Assembly (NCBI GenBank): GCA_965223865.1
Contig: OZ245020.1
Coordinates: 1,056,001-1,120,000, forward strand
DNA length: 64,000 nucleotides
Source of the DNA: Nitrosarchaeum sp.
GTDB lineage: Archaea > Thermoproteota > Nitrososphaeria > Nitrososphaerales > Nitrosopumilaceae
Direction of reading: 5' to 3'
Shown here one piece after another: positions 8,818-18,634 of the stretch; position 1 is the stretch's first letter, and the number at the start of each line of letters is the position of its first letter. A program made the position numbers and the translations under genes. The notes beneath the pieces were generated by a model. That model had not been told where the DNA came from, made no database searches, and was given only the letters and a program-made list of their open reading frames with translations.

Positions 8818-9909
8818 ATGAATCCCGAGATCCTAATAAAAAAACATATTGAAAAATCCAAAATTCCAGGAATTTCGGTTGGAATAGTAAATGAGAGGGG
8901 CATCGAGACATTCACTTACGGTGAAACCAGAAAAGACTCTGGAGTCTTACCAACATCAGACACAATTTATGAAATTGGTTCGATGACAAAGACATTCACT
9001 GCCATTCTAACAGTCAAATTACAAGAGGAGGGGCTGTTATCATTAGATGATCCGATAACCAAGTTTTTACCAGAATTTACAGGAACTGATTTTGACAAAA
9101 ACAGAATAACTCTTTTTCATTTGATTACTCATACTTCTGGCATAGTTGAGGTCCCATTCAAAGCATATTTCAAATATCTGATAAAATTCTTGTTTCGCGC
9201 TACTGGTGGGAAGATCTTCCCACAAAGATACAGTCTTGACACATCTTCATTTCTTCAAGAGATATCCCAGCTAAAATTAAAAGGCAATCCTGGAACAAAA
9301 TTCCGTTATTCGAATTCCGGAGTGGGCCTTGTTGGAAAAATTCTTGAGCGCGTAACTGGTTCCACATATGAGGAATTAATCAAAAGCAGAATTTTGAGTG
9401 CATTGAGCATGCATGACACCACAATTACCCTTTCAGATAACCACAAAGAAAGACTGGCAATAGGCTATATGCATACTGGAAAAGAAGCAGACCCCATCAA
9501 CATTCCTGCAGTTGAAAGTGCGGGTAGTATTTACTCTACCGTATCTGATCTACTGAAATTTCTTAAAGTCAATATGGGTCTTGAGCAATCCTCTTTGTCT
9601 CCTGTTTTGGAATATTGCAAGTCTACAAGAATTGATCCTTCGCTATCCTTCTTCCAAAAATTTACCGCTAAGTTGCTAATGGGGATTCAATCTATTGAAA
9701 TTGGATTGGGATGGGTTGCAGCAGATCTGAAAAATATCAATATACTTCAGCATTCAGGTGGAACTGAGGGATTTTCAACTACCATGATGATTAATCCAAA
9801 TAATAAAACTGGTGTTGTAGCATTATCCAATGCTGCATTCAAAGATAACTCAAAGTTATGTCTTGAGTTGTTAAAAAAATTAGATGGTAATGAAAATGAA
9901 AAGGGATAA
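8818..9909 (+). CDS. Serine hydrolase, beta-lactamase/AmpC-like (Pfam Beta-lactamase) family
   Basis: SxxK (SMTK), LITHTSG, YxN (YSN), HSG motifs. Confidence 0.9.
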   Translation: MNPEILIKKHIEKSKIPGISVGIVNERGIETFTYGETRKDSGVLPTSDTIYEIGSMTKTFTAILTVKLQEEGLLSLDDPITKFLPEFTGTDFDKNRITLFHLITHTSGIVEVPFKAYFKYLIKFLFRATGGKIFPQRYSLDTSSFLQEISQLKLKGNPGTKFRYSNSGVGLVGKILERVTGSTYEELIKSRILSALSMHDTTITLSDNHKERLAIGYMHTGKEADPINIPAVESAGSIYSTVSDLLKFLKVNMGLEQSSLSPVLEYCKSTRIDPSLSFFQKFTAKLLMGIQSIEIGLGWVAADLKNINILQHSGGTEGFSTTMMINPNNKTGVVALSNAAFKDNSKLCLELLKKLDGNENEKG

Positions 9910-9958
9910 CACATTCAAAGAAAAGTTTTATCATTAACCAATGGAGTAGGAACTTAAA

Positions 9959-10084
9959 ATGAGTAGAAAATCAGGATCCCCTAGACAGCAGTCAATATTC
10001 AAATGTACACATTGTGATTTTATGTCCAAAAAGAATTCAAATTTTATTTTACATGTTAAGGAAAAACACGGGATTGAACTGTAG
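9959..10084 (+). CDS. Micro-protein with a C2H2 zinc finger (41 aa)
   Basis: FKCTHCDFMSKKNSNFILHVKEKH. Confidence 0.6.
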   Translation: MSRKSGSPRQQSIFKCTHCDFMSKKNSNFILHVKEKHGIEL

Positions 10085-10155
10085 GGAGAAACAAGTCAAT
10101 ATGACTCTTCAAATCCGCCTCTTGAAATTTATACTGTAATTTTACGGATACTAGA

Positions 10156-10914
10156 GTGCTCAAAAGCAACAATGACAGTTTTTTGAAAAAAAATTATCCA
10201 CTGGTGTTAATTATAGTTGGATTTTTTCTTGTGTTTTTCCCTTTTGGCTTGGTAGGAGCAAGTGAGTTGGGAGATGGGGCAGTTTTCTTGCATGGTTTAG
10301 CTGCCGTATTGGTGGTAGGTTTTGTGTCATACTACAAAAAAAGAAAGGAATACTCGACTAAAACAAGAAAATATGTAAAAATAACGGCACTTGCAATTCC
10401 TCTATTCTTTGCTGCAGCAGTTTTTGTTGGAATTGCAATGGGTATCAGCAGCGTACTCTTCACGCTGTCACTTGAGCCAACCAAGCACATGGACACAGAT
10501 TTAGTTGAGAAAAGAGTCCTTGATTGGGTAAACATACACCGTGCCCAAAATAATGTGAGTGGAGTCAATATGGATACAACACTGAACCGTCTTGCAGAAA
10601 TCCGCAGTTTGGAAATATTCCATGCACCTCATGAAGACAGAGAGGATGTCTCCAATGTAGACATAAATGAGATTGCAAAAAGGGAAGGAATTGAGTGCAC
10701 AATCAACGGTGAATCTGTCAGCATCTATGATTATGTCTTACTCTTTCCGCCTAAATCCTATTCCGATATGGAAAAGGCAATAGACCATGCCATGAAGCAT
10801 ATGACTGTCGAGGACGATTACGGGGATATTGTTTTTTCACCAAATGCTACAAGAACCGGCATTAACTCGTTTGTGGATGGAAATTACCTGTTTGTGGTTC
10901 AAAATTTTTGTTAG
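10156..10914 (+). CDS. Membrane-anchored CAP (SCP-like) domain protein
   Basis: Three TM helices, then VNIHRAQNNV..V.MD..LN.LAE.RS ... YLFVVQNFC. Confidence 0.75.
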   Translation: MLKSNNDSFLKKNYPLVLIIVGFFLVFFPFGLVGASELGDGAVFLHGLAAVLVVGFVSYYKKRKEYSTKTRKYVKITALAIPLFFAAAVFVGIAMGISSVLFTLSLEPTKHMDTDLVEKRVLDWVNIHRAQNNVSGVNMDTTLNRLAEIRSLEIFHAPHEDREDVSNVDINEIAKREGIECTINGESVSIYDYVLLFPPKSYSDMEKAIDHAMKHMTVEDDYGDIVFSPNATRTGINSFVDGNYLFVVQNFC

Positions 10915-11000
10915 ATGACATCAAGTCATTTCTCAATCTTTTTGGTTGATGTTTTTTTCAAGATTATGAGTAATGTCGTTACTTCATCATGCACGTCATT

Positions 11001-11100
11001 ATTTCCACGTGGGTCCAGTAATTAACCATCTAACTATATCCTCAGCACAACATGCATGGGGATATAGTTAGCGGTGTTTTTGTTGTACCCACGTGGAAAT
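11001..11100. mobile_element. Back-to-back casposon-like terminal repeats around a 14-bp spacer (tandem element junction)
   Basis: ATTTCCACGTGG-17nt-CTAACTATATCCTC | AGCACAACATGCAT (11044-11057) | GGGGATATAGTTAG-17nt-CCACGTGGAAAT; both arms have exactly 31 nt between terminus and CCACGTGG. Confidence 0.7.
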
Positions 11101-11202
11101 GGTTTGTAAGTTCAGAAATCTAACAGATAAGAAAAATTAGAGACGTATAAAAAACAACCAACTTGTCATCTTAACCAGTTCTTCTTTTAGACAAGTTTGT
11201 GC

Positions 11203-12528
11203 TTATGGTTCAGTGAAAAATATTCCACTGCCGCATTCTCCCTTGTGCTTCATGACAATATGCTCTGCATCTAGCATGCACATGTTGCCATAAGTCTTGT
11301 TGTTGACTCCACATACAGGATCATACTCCAAAATGCATGCGACAATGCGGGGCATCATGCTCCATCCCCTGTTTTCCAACTTTGATGCAGATTCTTGTTT
11401 TACACATGCAGGAGAACCGGTATGTTTGAAGACCAACTGCAATGGCTCTGCACATATGACATCACTTGCTGCAATTCCCGCATTTCCTTGTTGTGATGGT
11501 TTAAGATATGGTTTTGTTTTGCCATCCATTGTGCAAACTTTTCCCGGATATGCCCCAGGACCACACCTGTCGTCTAGAACGCAGATCTCATCTAGTGGAA
11601 CAAAACCTGGTGCGCAAAGACCCCCATATGGAACATGTCTTGTTTTGTCATATGGCACAAATTCTGGTTTTGTATCTGAAGATGGATTCTTGTATGATGG
11701 TTGCGATGTTTTTTCCTGCTTTGTTGTAGCATTGATTTGTTTGTCTTGCTCAGTTGTTGCTTTCAGGTAAAACTGCCTATCATTTGTTGAACCTGCAAAC
11801 TCTGCAACAACATCATAAAATCCACGAGAAGTTCCAAATGGGGAAGGCACAGATTGTGTAGTGTAATCCCATTTTGTATCATCCGATGTGTCTAGATAAT
11901 ACGAAAATTCGCCATATTCATCTAAACTAACTTCAGCTTCATGAAGTAATATTTTGCTGTTTTTTCCGTAGATTTTGAGCGTAACTGGTTCATCAGTACT
12001 CACTTCACTGTCATCAACAGAATGTCCATATCCGTAAATCTTGAGCATGTCGCCCTGCACATAATTTGCCTTGTCTGCATTCACACCTACGTGATTACCA
12101 AGTGAATTTTTTGCATGTTTTATTATTGCCTTTTTTTCTTGGTCTTTTTGATAGTGTGTTATGTCACTTTCAGTTAGTACATAATTGACACCAAAAATCT
12201 CCACAAATTCTTTACCTGACCCGCTCACGATTATCTTGTAAATCCCATCTTCCCAAGATGATGGTATTATGCGAGTCTCCATTCCAATAGAATCATAGGG
12301 GCCATAACTGTGACTAGAACTCATAATTTCACCTGACGGATGCACAATGATAATTGTAAGAACATGACCACCCTTATCCTCAATAAAGCCAGACATTTTC
12401 ACTACATCTCCGTCTGAATAGTTTTGCCGGTCAAGTGTAATGTAGTCTTCTTGAGCAAAAGCGTTGGCAGTCACCACCACTGCAGTCAAGACAAGTATCG
12501 AGGATAACAGTAGTTTTATCATGATCAA
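11203..12528 (-). CDS. Secreted modular protein: Ig-like repeats, Cys-rich region, CV...RGW motif and C-terminal Kazal protease-inhibitor domain
   Basis: Signal peptide (ANAFA); ACILEYDPVCGVNNKTYGNMC...KGEC Kazal signature. Confidence 0.85.
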   Translation of the reverse strand: MIMIKLLLSSILVLTAVVVTANAFAQEDYITLDRQNYSDGDVVKMSGFIEDKGGHVLTIIIVHPSGEIMSSSHSYGPYDSIGMETRIIPSSWEDGIYKIIVSGSGKEFVEIFGVNYVLTESDITHYQKDQEKKAIIKHAKNSLGNHVGVNADKANYVQGDMLKIYGYGHSVDDSEVSTDEPVTLKIYGKNSKILLHEAEVSLDEYGEFSYYLDTSDDTKWDYTTQSVPSPFGTSRGFYDVVAEFAGSTNDRQFYLKATTEQDKQINATTKQEKTSQPSYKNPSSDTKPEFVPYDKTRHVPYGGLCAPGFVPLDEICVLDDRCGPGAYPGKVCTMDGKTKPYLKPSQQGNAGIAASDVICAEPLQLVFKHTGSPACVKQESASKLENRGWSMMPRIVACILEYDPVCGVNNKTYGNMCMLDAEHIVMKHKGECGSGIFFTEP

Positions 12529-12549
12529 CGTGTAAGATTCTGATACAAA

Positions 12550-12591
12550 AGTGATGTTATAGAAAGGTTTGAAATTAGACCCACGTGGAAA
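12550..12591 (+). repeat. Degenerate copy of the island end motif
   Basis: ...GGTTTGAAATTAGACCCACGTGGAAA; about half of the 31 preceding bases match the reverse complement of 11013-11043. Confidence 0.55.
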
Positions 12592-12679
12592 AAAATACTA
12601 TGCAAAAAATAGTATACATATTATGAAATTACAAGATTATAGGGATCCTCTTAAATTGAACAATTTCATAGGATACTAA

Positions 12680-14401
12680 TTGCTTGTTGAATATGACAAA
12701 CCCTCAAAAAAATTTACTGATAGTATAAGACAAGGAATTACTGAAGAGATTTCAAAAGCAACCAATAGTGTCCAGAAGGGGAGATTATTCTTGAAATGGG
12801 TACTTACAAAAGCATTTCAGGCTACAATCGATGATGCAGATAATGGAATTTTAGATGGGCCAAATGATCATGGGATTGATGCAATTCTAGAAGTACAAGG
12901 AAGTGAAATGAGTTTTTTTAGAATTTTTCAAGCGAAGTATGGCAAGTCTCATAGTTCCGATGCAATCCAAGCATTTAAAGCAAAAATGGATGAATTTGTT
13001 AGACAAAATCCTAATGATTTGCCAGAAGGAAGAATTCGTGATGCCTTAATCAACATCAAAAGAAAAGGATGGGATGTAGAAGCAATCTATATTACAAATG
13101 AAAAAACGGATTTTCAAAGTAAGGATAATTTTCAGGTTTATGGTTTTGATCGAATTGTTAAAAAAATGTGGGAAGATATATCAGAACCAGCAGAAGGAAA
13201 AACAGAAAAAATTACTTTAGAAGAATATATGAAATATGATCATACAATCATAGGAGTAATTTCACTTCGTGAGTTAGGTGAGCTTGTTCTAAGAAGTAAG
13301 AAATACATTTTTGAATCAAATATTAGAAAATTTCTGCCAGTAAAAACCAAAGTTAACAAACAATTAAGAGAATCATTGAAGACAGAACCTGAAGAGGTGT
13401 TTTATTACAATAATGGAATTACAATAGTTGTAAAAAAAGTAAACGAATTGGGTGATGCTAAACTTCAACTTATATCTCCTCAAATTGTTAATGGGGCACA
13501 GACATCAAGCACGATAGCAGACATTGTTAGAGGGGATAGAAACATTAAAGGAAATATTCAGATTACAATCATTACAGAAGATATCAGAACAACACGAAAT
13601 AATATCACAAAATACAGAAATTCACAGAACGCAGTTAAGGGAAGAGACTTAATATCATTAGAAAGATTCCATGATTCGATTTATGGTCAACTAAAAGCAA
13701 AATTAGGATATTACTATGAACTACAGGCGGGCTCGTGGGAAGCAATGACACGTCAAGAAAGAGAATCTTACAAAGGAGATACAATTCTCAATAATTACCT
13801 TCCTGAAAACCATGAAATGAAAATACCAGCAAATGATTCTATTCAGGCTATGGCAGCTGCAATAACCCAAGATCCCGCAAAACCCTATGGGAGTATAAGC
13901 AAATATTTACCTGGTGGAACAGAATATGAAAAAATCTTCAAAGAAGAGGGATTAGAAAAAGAAGATGATTATAGATTATTGTTGTATCCTTATTTAGTAA
14001 AATCATATTGTGAAAAGGCATTCAATTATGGCAGTAAAAAAGCCAATATGGATGAAAAAAAATATGCAAGACTTCTCTTTGTTACTGCATACTTTATGGC
14101 ATTACAAAATCATATTCTAGATAAGAAAAGGAACTATAAAGAAAACCCAAAGTTGTTAGATCTGTATTTTGAAAATTTTGAGACAAATAAAAAATTATTT
14201 GAATTGACAGATAGTGTATTAGACCAATTCTTTGATCAAACTGAATTCATTAGGCAGGATGAAGATGGAAAAGATAAAATGACGTTACACAACTTCTTTG
14301 CAAGACATGTTTGGTCATCTGAAGCAAAAACAATCCTTCGAAATATTATGAAACGAAAAAAAGAAAAATTCAAAGAGATTAGAGTTGAATTTGAAAAATA
14401 A
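12680..14401 (+). CDS. AIPR family (abortive infection phage resistance) protein
   Basis: N-terminal DHGIDA..FQAKY nuclease-like part; ESNIRKFL, FYYNNGITIV, QIVNGAQTS, NSQNAV motifs. Confidence 0.9.
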   Translation: MLVEYDKPSKKFTDSIRQGITEEISKATNSVQKGRLFLKWVLTKAFQATIDDADNGILDGPNDHGIDAILEVQGSEMSFFRIFQAKYGKSHSSDAIQAFKAKMDEFVRQNPNDLPEGRIRDALINIKRKGWDVEAIYITNEKTDFQSKDNFQVYGFDRIVKKMWEDISEPAEGKTEKITLEEYMKYDHTIIGVISLRELGELVLRSKKYIFESNIRKFLPVKTKVNKQLRESLKTEPEEVFYYNNGITIVVKKVNELGDAKLQLISPQIVNGAQTSSTIADIVRGDRNIKGNIQITIITEDIRTTRNNITKYRNSQNAVKGRDLISLERFHDSIYGQLKAKLGYYYELQAGSWEAMTRQERESYKGDTILNNYLPENHEMKIPANDSIQAMAAAITQDPAKPYGSISKYLPGGTEYEKIFKEEGLEKEDDYRLLLYPYLVKSYCEKAFNYGSKKANMDEKKYARLLFVTAYFMALQNHILDKKRNYKENPKLLDLYFENFETNKKLFELTDSVLDQFFDQTEFIRQDEDGKDKMTLHNFFARHVWSSEAKTILRNIMKRKKEKFKEIRVEFEK

Positions 14402-14723
14402 TCAGGGTTAAAATCTTGAGAATAATTTTACTGATTCAGTAAATATTCCTGAAGTGGTGAAAATTCAGAATTTCCTAATACTCGTTTCATATGTAATCCT
14501 ACATTTTTTGATTTGACAGAATCACATAATTCAGACGCAATTAAATCAAGATCATATAATCTGTGAATTCTACGTTTCTCGTTAATAATATAATCAAAAA
14601 AATCCTGTTGTTGTGATTGCAGATAACAAAAAAATGATTGAAAAATATTTCATGATTTGATAAACCTAGAATTTCAAGTTCATAAGTACTTCTGATGTTT
14701 TATGGCATCCATTGTAGTGTATT

Positions 14724-15932
14724 CTAATTTCTTCTCTCAACCATTGACATGTTAGAGCCATCAACATCGCAGGCCCCAATCTTAAATCCAATTTGCTTGT
14801 CTCTGTTGTCAAAGTCAAACCAGTACACTAGGTGGGGGTCATTTGCTGGATAATTAGGAGCATGCTCAATATGTGTAAAGGTCACACTGTACAAATCAAA
14901 GTATGGAATGCCCTCTCTCGTAAACCTGTGGCTGTTGTCATGAATTGCCTGCATTCGCATCTCATCGGTCACAGGAAATCCACACAGGCTTTCATAATCG
15001 TTGGATTCTGGTTGCAGGTAATCTGAAAGTGGAAATTCATCAGGATTGACAGTAAAGCCAAATGTTATCTTCTCAATGGTCTTGCCTCCATAGGAGATGT
15101 CTACTGTATACAGGCCATTTTTCTGCCACTGGGGTCCTGCTGCATCAATCGGATATGAGAATTCACCTTCTCTTATATTTGCAAGCTGATCCACCTCTAC
15201 TAGGTCTCCATTAGGATTGATTACCTGGATAACTAATGGCATTATCTCATCATTGATGATGTTGCCTTTATCATCTTTGTAGTCTGTGAACCAGAAAAAT
15301 CCTTGAATGAGGATTTGGTCTCCAATCTTGTAATGGTCGCTTAAGCGCCAAAGAGACATGCCAGCAAGAACAGGCATCTCATCATGAGATGCCGTTTTCA
15401 TTATGGAGTTTGGATCGTGTCCTACCCATCCTCTCTCCATCAACTTGCTTGATGTCGCTTCAGAGACACATACTGCACTGCTATAGTCGGGCCTTACGAT
15501 TATCTTGTGGGCTGTATTGCATCCGCTCAGGGCTTTTCCAGAAAGATCATCAACTATGACAAATTTCTTGATTTGCGTGTCTTTGTGTGGTTGTCCGTTT
15601 ATCTCATACTCTGTATGGATAAGGAACTGGCCCGGATTTCTCATAAAGTATGCTTGGTCTGCAATGAATTTCGAGTTGCCGTCTACAAGGCCCGTGTGTA
15701 CCTTGTCTGAAAATTCATTTCCACTATCAATGTCCTCAAAGACAAACTTTATTGTTGCAGATGCCATCTTTTGTGATGGATTTTGGATGTAATCGTGAAG
15801 CGAGACTGCGTCATCTACTTGGTTATACGCAATGGCATGGTAATTTCCAGACGATTCTGCAAATGCGAAATTGTCAAGTACAAAGAATAAACTCGCAAAT
15901 ACCGTTAATCCGAAGAAAAGTTCAGTTTTCAT
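14724..15932 (-). CDS. Secreted protein with CV...RGW motif and Ig-like domain; ORF extends to 16010 into the repeat array, real start probably MKTELFF
   Basis: Signal peptide ending AFA; CNTAHKIIVRPDYSSAVCVSEATSSKLMERGW; VINPNGDLVEVDQL..GPQWQKNGLYTV. Confidence 0.75.
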   Translation of the reverse strand: MKTELFFGLTVFASLFFVLDNFAFAESSGNYHAIAYNQVDDAVSLHDYIQNPSQKMASATIKFVFEDIDSGNEFSDKVHTGLVDGNSKFIADQAYFMRNPGQFLIHTEYEINGQPHKDTQIKKFVIVDDLSGKALSGCNTAHKIIVRPDYSSAVCVSEATSSKLMERGWVGHDPNSIMKTASHDEMPVLAGMSLWRLSDHYKIGDQILIQGFFWFTDYKDDKGNIINDEIMPLVIQVINPNGDLVEVDQLANIREGEFSYPIDAAGPQWQKNGLYTVDISYGGKTIEKITFGFTVNPDEFPLSDYLQPESNDYESLCGFPVTDEMRMQAIHDNSHRFTREGIPYFDLYSVTFTHIEHAPNYPANDPHLVYWFDFDNRDKQIGFKIGACDVDGSNMSMVERRN

Positions 15933-15990
15933 GAATATGACCAATTTTTGGTTATCGCTTTTAGCAATTACCATGAAATTACACACACAG

Positions 15991-16510
15991 TTTTGGACAA
16001 ATCTTGACATTTGTAGACATTTGTGGATATTTCTGGATAAAATTGGACAATTTTGGACTTTTTTGGATAATGTCCAGAAATGTCCACCGGTAGAGGCTTA
16101 CGATAAAGCCTAGAGGCTTTCGATAGAGGCTTGCAAAGGCTTGATTTTTCTGATATCTTTCCGGTACATTTGAATTCTATCTGAATATCAATCCGGTAGA
16201 ACACATTATCAATCCGGTAAAATCATTTTTGTTTACCGGAATGATAACTATCAATCCGAACTAATCAAAACATCCTGCCGGATTGATAGAAAAATACACT
16301 GGAATGATAGATGACAGCACCGGAAAAATAAACTCTGTTATCTGAAAGATTACCATTCCACCGAATTGATAGAATTTATCTCCGAATTGATAACTTGACT
16401 CTCCGAAAAAATACCGAAATGATAAATCTGTTTTACCGAAATGATAAACCCCACACCGAATTGTTAATTCGTTCCATCGAATTGATGCCGAAAAGATGCT
16501 GGAAAAGCCC
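15991..16510. repeat. Composite phased repeat array (8x 10-mer GGACA-type, AGAGGCTT cluster, ~21-bp-period CCGRAWTGATA units)
   Basis: Directly visible tandem and inverted units; see findings. Confidence 0.8.
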
Positions 16511-16653
16511 CATTTTATGAGCAAAATCATAGAACTACTTATGAATCTCCAGATAAAAAAGGAAAAACGTGTGGATGGGAATTGCTACGGTTTTGTTATT
16601 ACCCTAATCGTATATGATGCTCATTCCAGACAAATAATGTGTGAATAGTGAAT

Positions 16654-17283
16654 TTATTTTTTTGAACTGTAAATGACATAAATTGTTCTTACCCATGTCT
16701 TTTTGATTTCTTTAGGATCTTTTCCGGCAAGTTTCTCTAAAAATAGGCCCCTAAACACTGCAATCATTCCATTTGCAATCTCTAGTAACTCTGCATCATT
16801 ATATCCTTCCAGTATCCCAATTTGTGGTCTTATTTGTTTAATGGATCCAACTACTATCCGTGCAATTTCTTTATCTTGCATTGTCATCATTTCTCTTAAT
16901 TTTGGATTGTTCCCAGACTCAATTCTTCCTTCAAGCCATAATCTTTCAAACTCACTTGGTTCTGAAGAGGTCAAGTCATAATATTTTTTCAAATCTTCAA
17001 ACATGTTTTCTCTTTTTTTGAACAATTTACCTCCTTTTTTTTCAAAAATCTCAAATACTCTCTGAAATTCTTGTTTAACACCCAGTCTTAGAACCTGAAA
17101 AAATAATTCTTCCTTACTGTGAAAATGATAAAACAACGAACCCTTACTTACCCCTGCAGCAGATACAATTTCATTCATTGATGTTTTTTGATATCCGTTT
17201 TTTGCAAATTTTTTTGTGGCTACCTTGATAATCTTTTTTTGTACCTGTGTAAGGGGTTTTTCATTTATGTTTAATTTCTCCAT
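16654..17283 (-). CDS. TetR/AcrR family transcriptional regulator
   Basis: KKFAKNGYQKTSMNEIVSAAGVSKGSLFYHFHSKEELF HTH. Confidence 0.95.
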   Translation of the reverse strand: MEKLNINEKPLTQVQKKIIKVATKKFAKNGYQKTSMNEIVSAAGVSKGSLFYHFHSKEELFFQVLRLGVKQEFQRVFEIFEKKGGKLFKKRENMFEDLKKYYDLTSSEPSEFERLWLEGRIESGNNPKLREMMTMQDKEIARIVVGSIKQIRPQIGILEGYNDAELLEIANGMIAVFRGLFLEKLAGKDPKEIKKTWVRTIYVIYSSKK

Positions 17284-17359
17284 ACTCTAATTCTTATTGC
17301 TAGTGACTCTTAATGATTTAATGTTTGTGATATTTTTTCATACAATAATATTACTGACT

Positions 17360-17381
17360 GACCGGACGGTCGATTTATATA
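17360..17381 (+). promoter_or_regulatory. Palindrome GACCGGACGGTC (putative TetR operator) adjoining TATA box TTTATATA
   Basis: GC-rich palindrome in the AT-rich divergent intergenic region, 2 nt upstream of a TATA box ~25 nt before the ATG at 17403. Confidence 0.65.
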
Positions 17382-17402
17382 ATATTGTGCAGATTTAATA
17401 AC

Positions 17403-18599
17403 ATGTCAACATCAGATGATAAAAAAATTGCAATAATTGGATGTGGAATTGCAGGTGCTGTTCTTGCAATGGCTTTACAAAAATGTGGAATTTCTAGTAC
17501 TATTTACGAATCACAAAGTGCAGAGGATAGCAGTGGTGGATGGTTTTTGTACCTTGGTCCCAATGGAATGGACGTATTCAAAACATTAGGGATGCAGGAA
17601 ACTGTAAGAGAACACGGTTATGAATGCAAAAACCTAGCATTTGAAAACAAACTTGGCATTCCCATAGCTAAGGTGGATACAACCCATGATGAACAAAAAT
17701 ATGGCTCACATGGAGTAGTCATTAAACGTTCGTCATTACATAAACTCTTACGTGAGGAACTTGAATCGCGTGGAATTCAAATAGAATGGAATAAGAAAAT
17801 AACCGACATCAAAACTAATGATTCCACTACAGTACTTTTCAAAGATCAAAGTAGCATTGAATGTGATTACATCATAGGATGTGATGGTCTTTATTCTCAG
17901 ACTAGAAAAATCATAATGCCTGATGCTCCTGTCCCCCGATATTCAGGCAACGTCCTTGCAGGTGCAATAACTCAAAGACAAATTAATGCCCCTGTAAACA
18001 GGTTGTCATTTCATTATGGAAAAAAAGCATACATGGTTTATTTTGTAACTCCAGATCATGAGGCGTTATGGGGTGCAGTAATTCCCGTTCCCGAAGAATC
18101 CCTCTCAGAAATAAAGTCCCTTTCTTATCCAGAATGGAGGGAAAAAGTATTGGATGAATATGAAAAGGATGCAGACTATTTCTCAAAATTCATTCAGGAT
18201 AATGAAAATATTAACCGAATTCCATTATATGACTTGGAATCACTTCCATCGTGGCATAAAGGAAATGTGTGTCTTGTTGGAGATTCTGCACATGCGATGA
18301 CTCCTCATGCAGGGCAAGGTGCATCAATGGCACTAGAAAGTTCCATTATTTTGGCAAAATGTATACGTGACATACCTGATACTCAAAAAGCATTTGCAAA
18401 ATTCCAGGAATTGCGAAAACCAAGAGTAGAACACATGATATTACAAGCAAGGAAGCAGGGTAAATTCTCCACAATGACTAATCCCGTAATGAAATGGTTT
18501 AGGGCAAAACTTCTTCCGTTGATGATAAAACGTGGTTCTAGTCAGTTAGATGAAATCTACAACTACAAAACTGATTGGGATAAAAAAATAGAAACATGA
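17403..18599 (+). CDS. FAD-dependent monooxygenase (FAD_binding_3 / UbiH-like class A)
   Basis: IIGCGIAG, IGCDGLYSQTR, LVGDSAHAMTPHAGQGASMALE motifs; ORF track start 17385. Confidence 0.92.
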   Translation: MSTSDDKKIAIIGCGIAGAVLAMALQKCGISSTIYESQSAEDSSGGWFLYLGPNGMDVFKTLGMQETVREHGYECKNLAFENKLGIPIAKVDTTHDEQKYGSHGVVIKRSSLHKLLREELESRGIQIEWNKKITDIKTNDSTTVLFKDQSSIECDYIIGCDGLYSQTRKIIMPDAPVPRYSGNVLAGAITQRQINAPVNRLSFHYGKKAYMVYFVTPDHEALWGAVIPVPEESLSEIKSLSYPEWREKVLDEYEKDADYFSKFIQDNENINRIPLYDLESLPSWHKGNVCLVGDSAHAMTPHAGQGASMALESSIILAKCIRDIPDTQKAFAKFQELRKPRVEHMILQARKQGKFSTMTNPVMKWFRAKLLPLMIKRGSSQLDEIYNYKTDWDKKIET

Positions 18600-18634
18600 G
18601 TTCAACGTCTGGGGCTTAGATTTAGGTAAGTAAA

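Noticed and set aside
11031-11071. Archaeal Xer dif site
   Set aside because: Arm orientation is opposite to known archaeal dif sites and the spacer is far longer than 6 bp.
11028-11073. Integron attC reading (ATCTAAC...GTTAGCG)
   Set aside because: Only ~46 nt, no L boxes or extrahelical bases, no integron integrase, and the outer CCACGTGG boxes at fixed spacing are unexplained by attC.
14408-14653. Minus-strand ORF remnant after AIPR (..DYIINEKRRIHRLYDL..FSRF*)
   Set aside because: No clear start or recognisable family; cannot be supported as a gene.
15991-16510. CRISPR array
   Set aside because: Units are 8-11 nt, degenerate and partly inverted, with no 30-40 nt unique spacers and no cas genes.
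15871-16530. ORFs 15871-16113, 15968-16204 and 16261-16530
   Set aside because: They are by-products of the repeat array, with no protein-like features.
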